NCBI GenBank assembly: GCA_008632985.1
Contig: QPGO01000037.1
Span: forward strand, 248,001 to 312,000
Source: Psammoneis japonica
Lineage: Eukaryota
Direction: 5' to 3'
DNA: 64,000 nucleotides
Below the pieces are notes generated by a model that ran no database searches, had not been told where the DNA came from, and saw nothing but the letters and a program-made list of their open reading frames with translations. Each line of letters opens with the position of its first letter. The first letter of the stretch is position 1. Positions 1 to 13,589 of this stretch are shown here, in pieces. Position numbers and translations under genes: made by a program.

Positions 1-48
1 TTCGTATTCGAGATCAATAAACTGGTCTGCTTCCGAACGGTCCTCCAT
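1..48 (-). CDS. Possible 5' end of a gene running off the left edge (MEDRSEADQFIDLEYE...)
   Basis: ATG at 48-46 opens a stop-free frame to the window edge and composition is normal. Too short to identify. Confidence 0.3.
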   Translation of the reverse strand, partial: MEDRSEADQFIDLEYE

Positions 49-443
49 GGTGCAAAAGCGAGAGGTGAACAATATCTTTCGTTGTTGCTGTTGTTGGCTC
101 GAGAGAGAGGCTGTTGCTGACTGTGAGACATGTTTTTAGGGCCCTAGTAATTTGGAAATTGGAATGCTATGCAGAATTCGTTCGCGAACGTTCAGAATGG
201 GTTGACATTATTTGACATCGTCCTTCCGTTGATTGCATAGACTTCCTACCGTGGCGTGTACCGTATGTATGCAGGAAGTTCTTTGGAGACACTGCGCACG
301 ACTGACGGACTGATAGATGGACGGACGGGCGGGGCGGGCGGACTGGGCAGTCAGTTTTTTCCTGCTAGCTGCCTGCCTCTGCTGCCACTGGTAGACCTAG
401 CTGCTAGTAGCTAGCTAGTGGTAGAGCATGACAGTGAGAGTCA

Positions 444-1070
444 CAAGGTCCACCCTCGAAAACATGCTCTTTGTCTGTTTGCATCACCACAGCAGGAGAG
501 GGAGTGGACTGGTGTTTGGGGGGGAGCACGACACACAACACATGGCGAGCAAATGCAAGGGGTGTGTGTGTGTGTGTGGCAAAAAGCTGGAGCCACAGAG
601 GAACCTGAGTTTCCCTGAGCCCTGGCCTTTTGGTGTGGGAGATGGCACCTCAGCCCAAGGAGTGGGAGGGTGGGTGCTCAAGCTGTGCATGCTGTGGTGA
701 AAGCCGACTGCTGATCCAGACAACGACCCTCACAGTCGGCTTGTCCTTGTCTGTCCATCTGTTCTGTCATGTGGGGCATCTTCAGGCTGCTCTTTGCTCC
801 ACACTCAGCAAGCAAGCCAGCTGGCCTGCTCACCACTCCAACCTCCTCAACAAGGTCCACCCTCAAAAACATGCTCTCCATCTGTTTGCATCGCTGCAGC
901 AGAGAAGGAGCAGACCAGTGTTGGGGGGGAGGCCACACACTGGGGAAAGAACACATGACACACAGTGAGCAAATGCAAGGGGCATGTGTGGTGAAAAGCT
1001 GGAGCTGGAGAAACCTGAGCTCTCCCGCAACCCCAGGCCTTGGTGTGCAGGTGACAGTGCCTTGGCCATG
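444..1070 (+). repeat. Diverged direct repeat, ~220 bp copies at ~444-660 and ~851-1070
   Basis: caaggtccaccctcgaaaacatgctct...gagcaaatgcaagggg...aaaagctggagc recurs 407 bp later. Differences include CG/CA and TG/CA swaps. Confidence 0.8.
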
Positions 1071-2071
1071 AAGGTGCATGGGTGGCGGTTGTCAAAAAGG
1101 ACAAAAGACACAAAAAGTTTGCTCGTGACACTGGCAACCCTTTCAACCATTCCTCAGTGCATCCTTGTGGAAATCTGCAAGATGCAGAAGACCATGAGGA
1201 CAGAAGAAGAAGAAAAAGAAGAAGAAGAAGGGGCAGCAAAAAACAGGTGACAAACAGCATGAAAGAAAATGCTCCTGTTGCTGCCTTTGCCGTTGGCTGT
1301 TCAAGATTGCTGCAGATGAAAAGAAAAAATTTGCAAGATGATGACAAAAAAGACACAATTGAGAAGGAACCTTTCTGTGAATTTTTGCAAGAAAAAGACT
1401 GCTTTTTCATTTTGGATCCTCAGGATGAAATGCCAAAATGCAGACATGATGCTTTTGGCAGAAGACGCAATGACGTTGTGCTCTCTCACAGAGTCAAATG
1501 TGTGAGAGGAGAAGGAAGAAACTGTTTCTCTCTGTTGCTTTCACACTCAGATGTCTTGACACAACAGCCACAGTCAACACAACCACAGACAAAGTTGCAT
1601 CAGAAAACCCCCAAACAGACTGTGAGAAAGAAAAAAGGAAAGAAAGCACACTGATCAGGCAAGAAGATGCAAAAGAGAACAGTGGAAGAAGTGCAACCTG
1701 AATGGATCAGACTCACAAAGCCAAAGGATTGGATGCAAGCAGCTGGCTTTGTTGAATCACATGTTGGAATTGAGACACAACAGATGCATTAAAAGGCAGA
1801 AACAAAAGAACCAAACAATGTTTTTTTTTCACACTTTAATTTGGGTTGCTGCTTTTGGAGCTGTTGAGTTCTGCTTTGCAGTGCTCAAAAAACATGTGCT
1901 TTTTTGAATGAATCATTGAGTGCACAGAAAAACATTCCCGCGGGAGCAAGGAAACTGAATTTGAGGACATTTTCCATGGTCCAAAGTGTGGTGCAAAGGG
2001 CACTGCCATTTTGAAAAGCATTTTCATTTGGAGTGTTTCCAGGATTCCTGATTCCTCCATCAACACTGCTT

Positions 2072-2443
2072 TCAAGCCCAGCACCAAAAGCATGCATGTT
2101 TTCCATTGACACCACAGGTGGGGCAGCTCACACCTGACCACTTGTTCAAGCACTTGATGTTGCATTTGCTCAGGGCCAACTGCAAGTTGTCACCCCTTGA
2201 GCCTGCTGCAGTTGTCTTGTCAAAAGCCGCATTTTTGTTGTCAATGAATTTCCAACTTGGATGGAATCTGAGTCCTTGTCTGTTGGTGTGGCCATTGGTG
2301 GTCTGCCAACATTCCACAGTCAGATGCAAAGTTTTTCTCTTTTCTTTGACATCTTCCTTGAGATCATCAAAATTGTCATCATGTGCAAAGATCACCAGCA
2401 TTGCAGCAGATGCACATTCGTCAATCTCTGGGAACCAGCCCAT
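2072..2443 (-). pseudogene. Remnant of an unknown ORF downstream of pol in copia element A
   Basis: RQGLRFHP...AAGSRGDNLQLALSKCNI aligns by eye with RQGMRFHH...VAGLQGNNLQFASDRCAI located downstream of pol in copia element C (59.6-59.8 kb). Confidence 0.5.
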
Positions 2444-3019
2444 GACACATCACACAAACAGGTGCTCCATGAGCTCTGTTCTCTTCTTGTGCAGTTTGAA
2501 CCATCTTGGTTGGAGTTCATTCTTTAGTTCATTCCATGTTTCATGGATGTCAATGTTCTCATCTTCTGCTTCTTTGAGTGCCATCTGAAGGCAGTCCAAG
2601 GCTGACTTGCATCTCCTGGTTTCTTCATTGCTGACATGGATTCTCTGTCATGAACAAACTTGCAGCCTCCTTCTGCAGTTGTTGTCAGTGCATTCCTGGC
2701 CCACAGTTTAATGGCATCATCTCTTTGCCCAACCCATTGGTTGCTGCTTGTTGCTGTCATGTGAGCATGTCTCATTGGGTGGACGTTGCTTGTCACCCAT
2801 CTGAGCAGCTCAATCTTCATCCATTGTTCCTCCAAGCAGCATTGTGTTTTTGCATCACATCCAATTGCTGCCATCATTGTGAACTTTCAACTTCTCATCA
2901 AGTTGTGGCAAGCCACTCATTGAGGGCCTTTGCCTCATGCAGATCTTTCCCCCATGTGCACCAGGGATCTTTCACCAGACATCGCTGGACAGGACCCCAG
3001 CCTGACATGCTCACCAATT

Positions 3020-6000
3020 GGCACCCCATGATGGCTTGCTTGAATTTTTGGAACTTCTCTCCTGGCAACAGCTTGGTCATGAAAGTCTCCTGACATGTCA
3101 TTGGCAGGACAACATTGCACCCTCAGGTCGCCTTTCTTGATTTGGTCAGTTGCAAAGAAATGCCAAATGTCAAGGGTTCTGGAGTGCTTGCCCAAGCTCC
3201 TGGGCTGCAACCATTGGTCTTGAGCAAAATGGCGCTCTTGTTGTCTTGACACAGGATGTCATTGTCAATCTGATGCCCTTGATGCTCCATGAAGAGCTTG
3301 CTCTGCAACATCATGGTCATCACATCATCGACTCCTGCCAGCTCAGCTTCCATGCTGCTTGGGGTGCTCAGCTTCTTTCACTTCAAAACAGCTTGCACTG
3401 CTCCATTGCCCATGGTCATTGCCGCTCCAGCAGCATGGCTCTTGTTGAAATCTGGGTGCATCACAAAGGATGCATCTGCTTGCCACTTGATCACTTGGAG
3501 GTCTTTTGTGCTCAGAACAGTGGCTTCGTTTTGTGTCCGGTTCACACGCTTTTTAAACAATGGACCAGCTTCCCCCAATCCTTGTTGGTTGGTTCTCTGA
3601 CTCCTGTGCAGAGTGTGGTTGTTGTGGGATGAATGTGCATGTGGCCTCTTTTAGAAAGGAACAATCCCTTGGCCACCCATGCATGGAAAACTTGGGCTTT
3701 GACCACTTTTGGCAGCCTTGTGCTTCCCGTGTCAAACAGGTCCTCTCCAGCTGGTGTCACAGCAGCATCCGTGCTCTTGACAGCCTTGGGGAAATCATCA
3801 ATCATTTTTCCGGTGTGCTCTGTCATGTCTGTCAACACCTTGCCCCTCTTGCTGATTTCCAGGGTCATCCCCTGGCAGTCGTGCTTCTTTCCTCAAGTTG
3901 CAACAACCTTTCCATGGCTTCTGCATGTTCTGTTGAGCCAACTCAAATGACTCATCATTCACTTCTGGATTCTGGTGACTTGACAACAGATCATCCACAT
4001 GGAATCTGACCACCTGCTGTTTTCCATTGATGGTGTGATTGGCAATGCATGGGTCACATCATCCGTTGAAAACAAACCCAATCTTTTCCAGGTCCCTGCA
4101 GAGCTTCTTGCACCATGGCAGCCCTGTGACCAACATGCCATGTGTTGCTCTGACAACTTGTGTGCAAAGGACTCTCTTGCCCTTTTCCAAGACCATGCAC
4201 AGTCCACAAAGGTTGGGTTCAATGCTGACAAGCACATTGACCAGCACTCCTGCAATCTTCATCATGATCTGGTCCTTTCCATCTTCAACTTCTGGAACCT
4301 GAGTTTGGATGAATGTGTTGAGTGTTTTGGCACTCATGACATTGCATCCGTCTTCAGCATCAACATTGGCAGTCATGAACATTCCTTCCAATGATGTGGT
4401 TGGACTGGCTGACTCATCTTTGTCCAGCCATTCTCTGGTTGGTTTCCCATTGCAGACCATTTGTCCTTTGATCTGACCATCTCGTTTCTCCACAAGGAAC
4501 ATCAATGCACACATGGCCTTGGCACTTTCACTTGGAGTCATTTCTTTGACAGATGTTGGTGCAAAGCACACTCTGTTGTGAAGTTGTCCCATCTCCTTCT
4601 TGGAGGCATTGTGCCCCTTCTGCCTAAATGCTTTTAGGTCTTCATGCAGTGGGGGTGCCATTGGGCAAACAAAACACCCTTTCCAGTGTCTTAGAATCTG
4701 TCATTTGTCTTGCACATAAACTGTGCCAACACCATTGCCAATTCAAAATTGTGCTCAATGTTGTTCTCTGGATTTGGGCTCACATTTGTTTGCAGATGGT
4801 GGCAGTGTTCCAGTTTTGCAATCTCTTTCTGCTCTTCATCAGCCCTGGTCACTCATGCAAACCAGACCATTTTCTCATGCTTCTTGTGCCTTTGTGCAAA
4901 GGACTTTCTGGACCTTGTTGTCCTGTGGGTTGTGGCTCTTGCTTCTTCCTCCACTCTGTCTCTTTGGCCCCTTTGGCATCTTCATGAGATTTGTTCTTGT
5001 CTTGCATGTTGTCAACATCCACATGGTCATCTTCTTCATGGTGGTCACAGTTGTCATTGTTGGGCTCTGCACCCTCATCATGTGGGTTGGGACTGGACCT
5101 TTTGGCGGCTGGGATGTCATTGGCTTCTTTGTGTTCATTGTCTGAATCCATCTCATCACACAATCTTTGTCATTGCTGTCATTGCTTTCTTTGTCATTGT
5201 TTTTGTTGTTGTCTTTGTCATTTTCATTGTCATTGCTGTTTTTGTCACTGTCATTGTGCTCCACTCCTGCAGTCCAATCAGCATTGCAAGATTGCCTCCA
5301 CATTTGCTCACAAATTTAAAGTCTTTAGCCTTGAGCTTGTGTCACATGTTTGACTGCTCTGACATGCACATCGACTGGGGGCATGCAGGTGCATTTGCAG
5401 GGGTTAAAGAGCTTCCCTGCATGCAGGTTCATGGTGCAATGCCCTCCTTTTGGAGAGTCAAAACATGGGCATGGACACATGCTGTCAATGCTCCATGTTT
5501 CCATGGTGTTGGTGGGGCTGTTTTCTGTGCAGGAACAAAACAAATGTCCTGAAGGTAAACTCAAAATGTTGGTGCAGTCAAGGACTCAGTGTGTTGCACA
5601 GTGGTGTGTGGGCTGTGGGTGTTGGAGATGCCCTCCTTCTGTGAATGCATGTTTGCCATGGTTGTGTTCTTGACAACTGCATGTTTGCACATGAGCTTGG
5701 GCATGGCTTTGCAAGGTGGGTGGTGCACAGCAGCCTTGGCTCCTTTCTTTAACAGTTTTGATGCTGCGTTCAACCTCCGGTGCATGATCACTTGTGTTCA
5801 CTGGCAACAGCTCATGGTTCATCCCATCAGCCACTTCAGCATGGCCTTGAGCTTGGGGTCACATTCAACAAAAAATTGTTCTTGAAGATTGCTTTGTTGT
5901 GTTGCTGCAGCACCATGTCCAGCAACTTGTGCAAGTCTGCACACTCCTTGGATTTTAGCCTCACACTCGATTGATGCTTGATGGTCTTGTTGACAGTGTG

Positions 6001-7905
6001 CGGCACCTCAATGCTGCATGCTTCCACAATGTCAATGCACAGGGTCATGCCTTCCCTTTGCTTGTCATGTGTCTTTTGGGTGACATTGTGCCATCATGTT
6101 GTTTCTCACATGGGGACAAGGTGCTTGTTTGGTCTTGCCTTTTGGCATGTCAACAGGTGGCCCCCAAATGTCCACCATCCCATCCATGTCCTCTGGCATG
6201 ATGGACAGATTTGTCACCTGATTGGAATGCAGGAATTGTTTGAAATCTCTGACACTGAGCATTTTGGCCTTGCAGCACAGCTGCAGCACCAACTCAGTGT
6301 TCACCACCTCCTGGCTTGGTGCAAATGTGCACAATCTGATGTCATTTGCCTTAAAAACTGCGACTTGTTTGCCAGCTTTCTTGTCTGGTGGCTGGAGCTC
6401 ATCTGCCACTCAGTTGTTGTGCATCATGCAATGCTTGGCCTTCAAATCCTTTAAGCTTGGGACATTTGCTGTTGCATGCTTGGATCCCAACTTCATGTCA
6501 CTCCATCCTGGCATGGCACAACCCTTGTCCAGTGTGTCCACTCCTGTGTTCATGGACAGGTCAATCTTCTTGGTCTTCACTGGTCACACGTTGTGTGCCA
6601 ATCTCCAGCATGCTGCCACACTGAGGGCAGAAACATTGTCTGGAATGATCTCATTGGTCTCAATGCCCACCTTGGACTGGCTCATGCTTGTCTCTGGCCA
6701 TTTGCTGACCAGCTGCAACCTGTGCCCAGTGTTCCTTTGCTTTGGGTCAAATGGGTTCATCTTGTCAATCTGGCAGTGTCGACGCTCACATTGCTGTCCA
6801 CCAAAGAGTGGTCTCCACTGCCATCCCTCATTTGCACATGACTCTGTCCCCATGTGCCCAGGTTTCTTCCAGTCTTCTTGTGCCAATCTTTGGCAGCTGC
6901 CTTGTCTTCATGTTGGCACTCCAGGGACTCGTGACCCTCTTTGCCCTCTTTGCCGCAACAGCAGCACATTGTTCTGCCCTTGCTCTCAGTCTTCTCTGTG
7001 TGTGACTCTGGCTCTTGTTTTTGTTGTCATTCTTGTCCTTGCTGCTCTTGTCATGATGGCCAGGATTCTTTGGGTTGTTTCACTTCTGTTTGTTGTCTTG
7101 CTCATGGTTGAGCAAGACACATGTTGTCCTGTCTAAGTCCTTGGGGCATGTGTCATTCCCCAGACTGTGGTCTCTCATGAAGCTCTTCTTCAGAGTCTTG
7201 CAGCAATGGTTGTCACTGTTCTTGATGAACAGGCACATTGTCTGGGCCTCAAATGCTGTCTTCTTCAGCTCAGCTTGCTTGGTGCTGTTGCTTTCCTTGT
7301 GCTCCTTGGTGTTCTCAATGAACCCGTTTAGCATCTTGCCACCCAGGCCATCTCTTGTGGAGTCTTGTTGGTTCTTAAATCTTGACAGGTCATCCAAAAT
7401 GGACTCATTTTCTTGTTGCCTCACCTGCAGCATGTTCTTCAGGGATTTGGTCAATGCATGGGATGGATGTCAACCTTGCATTGAATGGAACATCAGGGAA
7501 TGGATGAGTTTTGACAACTCATTTGGATTGTCCCTGATTTTGTCTAAGCTTGGGTCACCCATGACCCTGTTCCTCATGTGGTTCATGCAGCAGTCATCCA
7601 TGATCAAAGCAAATGCCTTTGATTTGTTTTCATCAAAATGTTTCAGTTTTGCTTGGCAATCTTTGTGTTTGGCATGGAATTTGAACTCCAGCTTTTTGTC
7701 CTTGTGCTCCTTTTTCTTCAGGTCTCTCTCACATGAGTCTGTGTTCTCCTTGGGTGTGGTTTCTTGGCCTCAAAACCAAGGCACTTCATGTCCTCCAGTG
7801 ATCTTGCCATGCATTTGCCCTGTTCAAATTCCTTCTGCATGCATCTGCAGATCTTTCTCTTGACATCTTTGCACTTTGCATGTTGCATTGCATGTGTTGC
7901 TGTCC
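3020..7905 (-). mobile_element. Degenerate Ty1/copia (CoDi-like) LTR retrotransposon A: gag, Zn knuckle, integrase, RT, RNase H
   Basis: gag (FIKNSD...DHSLGNDTCPKDL, 7080-7454), knuckle CCCCGKE..GHESLEC (~6910-6970), integrase HAPEVERSIKTVKER (~5750), RT FLVEKRDGQIKG..VCNG and FHVDDLLSSH, RNase H WQADASF..HPDF / EAELAGVDD / QDNKSAILL / FMTKLLPGEKF. IN-RT-RH order is copia. Many frameshifts; LTRs not identified. Confidence 0.93.
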
Positions 7906-10900
7906 AGAGCCTTGTGGATGATGAGGACATGTCCTTCCAATTCACCAAATTTGAGACCTGCAATGATGTGCAGTTTCTCCTTGGTGGTGGCTTCAAGGCA
8001 GGCATTGCCCATGTCAGTTGCCCACGTCTCTGGCTCATTGAGTTTGGCTGGGAAGATCATCAGTCACAGACCATGGAGAGACACCACTCCAAAGCAGACA
8101 CTGTCAACTGGAATGTTGGCAAGGTGTGTCCATTGGCAAGAAGTCAAGCTTTGTGCCGGCCATCATGTTTGACAAATCATGCACAAGGTGCACCCAGATC
8201 CTTTTGTGTCCTGTTGGAGCACCAGAATCCTTGCAGTGTCCACAATCATGGAAGACCTTGCACTCATCAAGCTCAGACATCTCAAGATCTATCGCATCTC
8301 TCCACTTGCAGCTGCCATTGTGCTCATCAAGGGCCAGTGCATGCTTGCAGTCTTGGGGCACCTTGCATCCACACTTGCAGTGTGGTGCAGAATGAGCATT
8401 GTTTGGCTTGGTTGCCCATGTGGAACAGCTTCTTCTGGTGTCATGCTGTGGTGCAAAAGAGTTTCCATCCCTCATCGTTGAGGAGGCTGTTCTCACATGC
8501 ACAGATGGCACAAGTGATGGGGTCATCCTTGGGAATGATGGTGAGGGGCTTGGATGTGATCTCCCCACTCTCCCATTCAAGCATGACATTGCAGCTTGAG
8601 CCTTTCCAAGAGGGGTCATGAGGTCTCAATGGTCCTTCACATCAGACAATGTGGCAGAACTTCCAGAGAGTGGTGTCCTTGTCTTCTTGCTCTGTGTGAT
8701 GAATGACATCATTGCATGCCAGGATTTCCTCATGTTTGTCATTGTTGACTGAGCAAACAAACTTGGTGAGTTCCAGGTTGTTGCCAATTTTCCAATTGTG
8801 GTCCTCAACAGCTTTGACAATGTGTGCTCTGCAGTGCTGTCCATCCTCTTGTGGCTTCATGAGGAAGGGACATCCTGCAATGTCCTTGGGATTGAAGACT
8901 GGCATCTTGGGCATTCTGGTCTCCTCCCCATCTGGCAAATCTGCAGTGTCATGTCAGGATTTGATGATGGGTGCAGGTCTCTCCCCATTGGGAGGATCAA
9001 GTTGCAAATTGCAATTTGAGGGGTTGCAGGCAGCAGATTGGACATTGGACTGACAGAGAATCTTTTCTGAGTGTCATGAGAAAGAATCTTGAAGGTCATT
9101 TGGTGGCCCACATGCTCGGCAATGCCAACAAAGTGGCCACACAGCTTGCGGGATCTGGGTGGCCAGCCCAAATTGTCAAGGTGACAGCACATGGGTTCCC
9201 ACCATTGAAAGCAAAGGATGGGGCTAATGTCAGGAGTCAGCACTTTGGTGGGAGCATGCCAGCAAAGCTTGGCAGATGCTGTGTGGTTGAGCAAGAAGCA
9301 CACATGCATCAGAGCAAGCAAGCAACCAGGCATGGGCTGGGGAGCCAAAGCAATCCATGATGGTGTTGGCCATGTTCTTTAAAGTCTGGTGTCATTGTTC
9401 AGCAAAGTTCTGGTGCCATTGGTGGGGCTCACTCTGCCAGCCAGAGATGAAGATGGCACAGATGATGCCAAGTGCCTTGTTGCTGATCTCAACCTGTGCA
9501 TGATTGCTGGTGAGCTTTGAGGGAGCACCACAGTTGTGGATGTTGTCTTCAAGTGTGTTGACAAAATCCTTGTCTGTCTTGGTGCTGCACACATTGGTGA
9601 CAAGGGATTCCATGCCAACAAAAAAAGCTGTGTGCTGATGGCTCAGAGTTGATGGTGGGAGTTTCAGAGTGCACCGTGTCAGTGGCAATGGGTTTGTTGC
9701 ATCAGTGAGCATTGAGAGCCGGATTGGGTGAATTGCATGCTTTCTTCAGATGCGTGGCAGCAGGCATGTGGGTGCACTGTGTCATGCAGTTGAAGGTGCA
9801 GCAAACACTGTCTTTTGGAAGGAAGCCAAAACAGGGGCAAAGAGACTCACAGTCAGGATCCTTGGGGGTGACATCATGCTCATGACACTCACAGAAGAAA
9901 TCAGACATCAGGAAGATGTGATCCTTGAGAATGGAGTCCACAAACATCATGTTGTTTGCAACATGACAATGGCAACAGTTGCCAAACTTGTCAAAGAGGC
10001 TGGTGACAGGATCATCCTGAAGGTGAGACACAGCATCATGCTGCTTGTCATTGTTGGTCTGCTGGTGGTTGAGCACAGATGGATCCCAGGTGTCATTGCC
10101 AGTGAGCATGACATGGGGCAGTGTGCCCCACTCATCATTGGTGTGTGGGCACATGGCAATGCATGGCAGGCCATGTTTGATGTCAATGGGGATGATGCAG
10201 CTGTCAATGGTTGCAATGCATTGCAGGCCATTGGGAACATTGAGCAACCGGTCATTGACATCATGCTTGTGCCACTCAAGTTGGCTGCAAGAGTGTGTGG
10301 TCTTGCCTTTGCCAGTGTGAGCACACTGTTTGAAGGATGGTGATGGCAGGTCCATGCCATGTGTTGATGACACCACCAGCAGTGACAACAGCAATGTCAG
10401 TCAACTTGTGGTTGTCAATGCCTTGGACATCAACTTGGCAGTCAGTGCACACAATGACATGAAGAACATTGTCACCAGCAATTCTGCCATTTGCACCGTG
10501 ATCCACCAGAGCACCCACGTGCATCAAGTTGTGGGCAGAGGCAGAGCAGATGATGCTGTGATTGTCAACACAATGACGAGTGCAGCCATTGACCTCAATG
10601 TCAGTTGTGGCAGCAGGTGAGGGTGTTGGAGCAGTGGGTTTTGCACCAGAGCAGGGGGGGGGGGGGGGGGATTTGCATGGCAAAAGGAGACATTGGGTGT
10701 CACCAGGTGGCAGAGGCTTGTACGTTGTAAGGTGTGACAGGATGGGGTCATCATCCACAGCATCAGGTGCAGCTGTGGTGCACTGGATGGTCCAAGAGTT
10801 GTTGGTGTGAGGTCATGAGAGTTGGCAGACAAGTTGACAATGCCATCACTCCCCAGGTGAAGGTCATGAAGGTTGACAGCTGCTGAGTCATGGCACTTGC

Positions 10901-12250
10901 TGGTGTGGGCAGTGCACGAGCCAAGGGTGATGGCTTTGGTGGATGGAGGCAAGGTGTCTCAGATGTGCTGGCAGTCCAGTGGAATGCAACACCACTGTTG
11001 GAGCCACAAGTTTGGGAGGCAGAAGCCCAGACAACATCAACGTCATTGTCAATGTTGAAGAATGTGTCATTGTCAGCATCATCAGGGACAAAGGCATGGG
11101 TGTGTGCAGCATGGTGTGGGGTGCAGGAGGCCAACTTGGGGGTAAAAGTGCTGTGTCATGCTGTGCTGCTGCAGAAAGCAGCAGGCTGCAACATTGTTTG
11201 TGAGAAAGGCTCGTGCCATTCTGCATGCAACAATGGTCAGCCTGGTTCTTGACAGAACGAGCACAGAGTTCTTTGACAGCATGGACTGCATTCTCCAGCA
11301 TGATGCATTTCTGGCCAGGAGAAGGGTGATCAGAAGTCTCAATCAGGGCTTTGCACTTGCAGAGCTGATCTTGCCAGTGAAGCATGAAGGCCTGCCTGGG
11401 TGAATCCCTTCCAAGTGCCCATCACCAAGGCAGGCTGTGGTGAGGTGCATGAGGAGGGTCAATGACTTGAGTGATGCACATGTGGATGAAAGGGCACACT
11501 CAGTGAGTTTTCAGAGTGCAGCTTGAGCATCAGAGGATGTGACATGTTCATGGATGAGTGCCTTGCCCTTGTCATTCTGCAAGATGTGCTCAAATGCTGT
11601 GAACATGTGCTTCTGTTGTTTGGTGGACAGAGCCTTGTCTTGGGGTGTGCAGGGCTTGCACATCAAATCAAGAACATGCTTGACATCCTGGGAGCAGGCC
11701 TGTGTGACAATGGAGGTGTGCCATGTGTGCCACTGCTTGTCAAACTTGAAAGTCAATGAAAGCAGTGGGATCATATTTGATGCCTTGTTTGAAGTCATGC
11801 ACTGGATCCTGTAGTTTGGGAGGGAATGAGCCAGGCATGGGAGCAGATGGCACAGTGCCAGAGGAGAGGGATGCCATGCACTTGGGTCCAAGACAACATT
11901 CACGAAATGCCTCAAGCATGAACAAGGTGGGGCAATTGCTGACATCAGCACCTTCATGTGCTTTCACAGTGCAGAAGCTGATTAATGCTGCCTGCTGGGA
12001 GACGTTTGTGTCCACATGGCAAAGGCAGTTGGGTGGTGCTGTCATGGCAAATCAGGTTGTCAATTGGCTCAGAGTGAATGTGAAGAGGTCCTTGTGTGAG
12101 CCTGTTTGGTCAGTGGTGAGGGCAGAACACATTGGGATGTTTGCATCCAGAGCCAGGACAGTGCCCAAAATGTGCAAATGAGAAAAATGCCAAAACTTGA
12201 ATTAGAAGCTAAACTTGACTTGAAACTTGACTTGGAATCTTGAGCCATGT
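7905..12250 (-). mobile_element. Degenerate Ty1/copia element B (different CoDi-like family), truncated within RT
   Basis: gag region 10.9-12.2 kb, protease ALVDHGANGRIAG...VDVQGIDNH (~10500), integrase FVNTLEDNI..GAP / QSEPHQWHQNFAE, motif NVMLEWESGEITSKPL..DDPITCAI, RT WATDMGNACLEATTKEKLHIIAG.KFGELEGHVLIIHKAL ending at ~7905. 5' UTR/LTR may extend to ~13.2 kb. Confidence 0.9.
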
Positions 12251-13589
12251 TGCAAATCACAAGCTGCTGGGCTGTGCTGTCCCTTTTGCAGTCAAGTGCC
12301 AATCTTTCCATCTGGTCCACAGAGTTGTGCCAGCACATCCGAGCCTGTGGCTGGTGGCACTTTGGGGGTCACTTGCAAGCAAAGCAATGGATTGTTGTTT
12401 TGCATTGGTTGGATGACCCAATCAGATGCAAAGGATGAACAAACAAGTGTGGGAAAGTGCACCTTCAACACCAATGCACACCACAATCATGAGGCTGCTT
12501 CTTCCTCTCACTGTCTTCCTTGCGCAGATCTTGCAGAACTGTGGAAGACCAGCAGTCCGGGGCAGACAAGGAGGAGTGGTGGACTCAGTGTGTGTGTGGT
12601 GAGGCCAGAGTTGAGGTGCAGAGCATGGGTGTGTGCAACGTGTGCAGGGCAGAGGAGCCTGAGCTGTGGCTTGCCTGAGCAGGGCAGGTTGGTTTGTCTG
12701 TCAACCTGGATCATGAACCAAGGTGGGGAATTCAGAACCTCAGATGTTGGAAAATGCCAAAATTCCTGATTGAACATTGTCCGTTGAATGGGGACACATG
12801 CAATGATGAAGAACCCTGAACAGAGTGGATCAGAATGTGCTGATTTAATCCAAGTGTTCAGCGATGAGGAAGTTGGGCACATGCTTTCACCACTGCAATG
12901 CATGTCATCAAAAAATCACCAATGATGATGGTGAATGCTCAGTAGATGAACAATGAGCAAGACTGTTGATCTGACAGAAATTGAAGAAGAAATGGGTGGA
13001 AGAAAACAACAACACTCCTGTCTGCTGTCCAAACAGCAGATGGCACTTTGTGCAGAGACCATCACTGAGCTGACAGACGTCAGTCATAAATTTGGGCCAT
13101 TGTTGTCATTCTTGCACGGCGAGTGACTCGAGAGCAAAACTGCATTGTGCAAAAGCACCATGCAGAACTAAGAGCACACAAAACTGCATGTGACAAACTA
13201 AAACAGTGCACAACAAATTGCTCACAAACAGGCAAAATCCTGCTCTAGACTGATCCTGTCAGCAGGTGTCAATGATCTTGTGGACTTCTGCTGAGTCAAT
13301 GTGCACTCAACAAGTGCCAATGACTCTTTGGAGTGAGTGTTGAACCAGCAAGTCAATGTCACCAAAAGGGAATCCTGTTGGGCTTTCTGTACCACTTGTT
13401 GCACTTGCCCTGGTTGCTGTGTCTGCTGTGGCTTGCATCAACATTGTGTGTGGAACCTGCATCAGCAAGATTGTTGGATGTTGACAGATGCCACTTGTTG
13501 TTGTTAAACCAGATCATTTTACTCCAAAGAGTGAGCACAAAAAGTCAGCAAGTTTGCAGCCAATGACAAAGGACATTCTTCAAAGGACA

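Noticed and set aside
3985..4005. RT catalytic motif FHVDD as an example of Tyr to His mutation
   Set aside because: HVDD is, as far as I recall, native to this diatom copia lineage, and it is identical in elements A and C. Not used as evidence.
10654..10730. 17-G tract with a nearby unmutated tacgttgtaa patch
   Set aside because: The G run falls in a Pro-rich gag-protease linker and its length is unreliable in long reads. A single retained patch could be chance.
3020..12250. Alternative genetic code or RNA editing restoring Tyr in the TE ORFs
   Set aside because: Adjacent host genes use TAY codons and TAA/TAG stops normally. The TE ORFs also carry frameshifts and in-frame TGA stops, so they are dead.
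12900..13230. Possible 5' LTR of copia element B
   Set aside because: No second LTR, PBS or TSD could be matched within the window.
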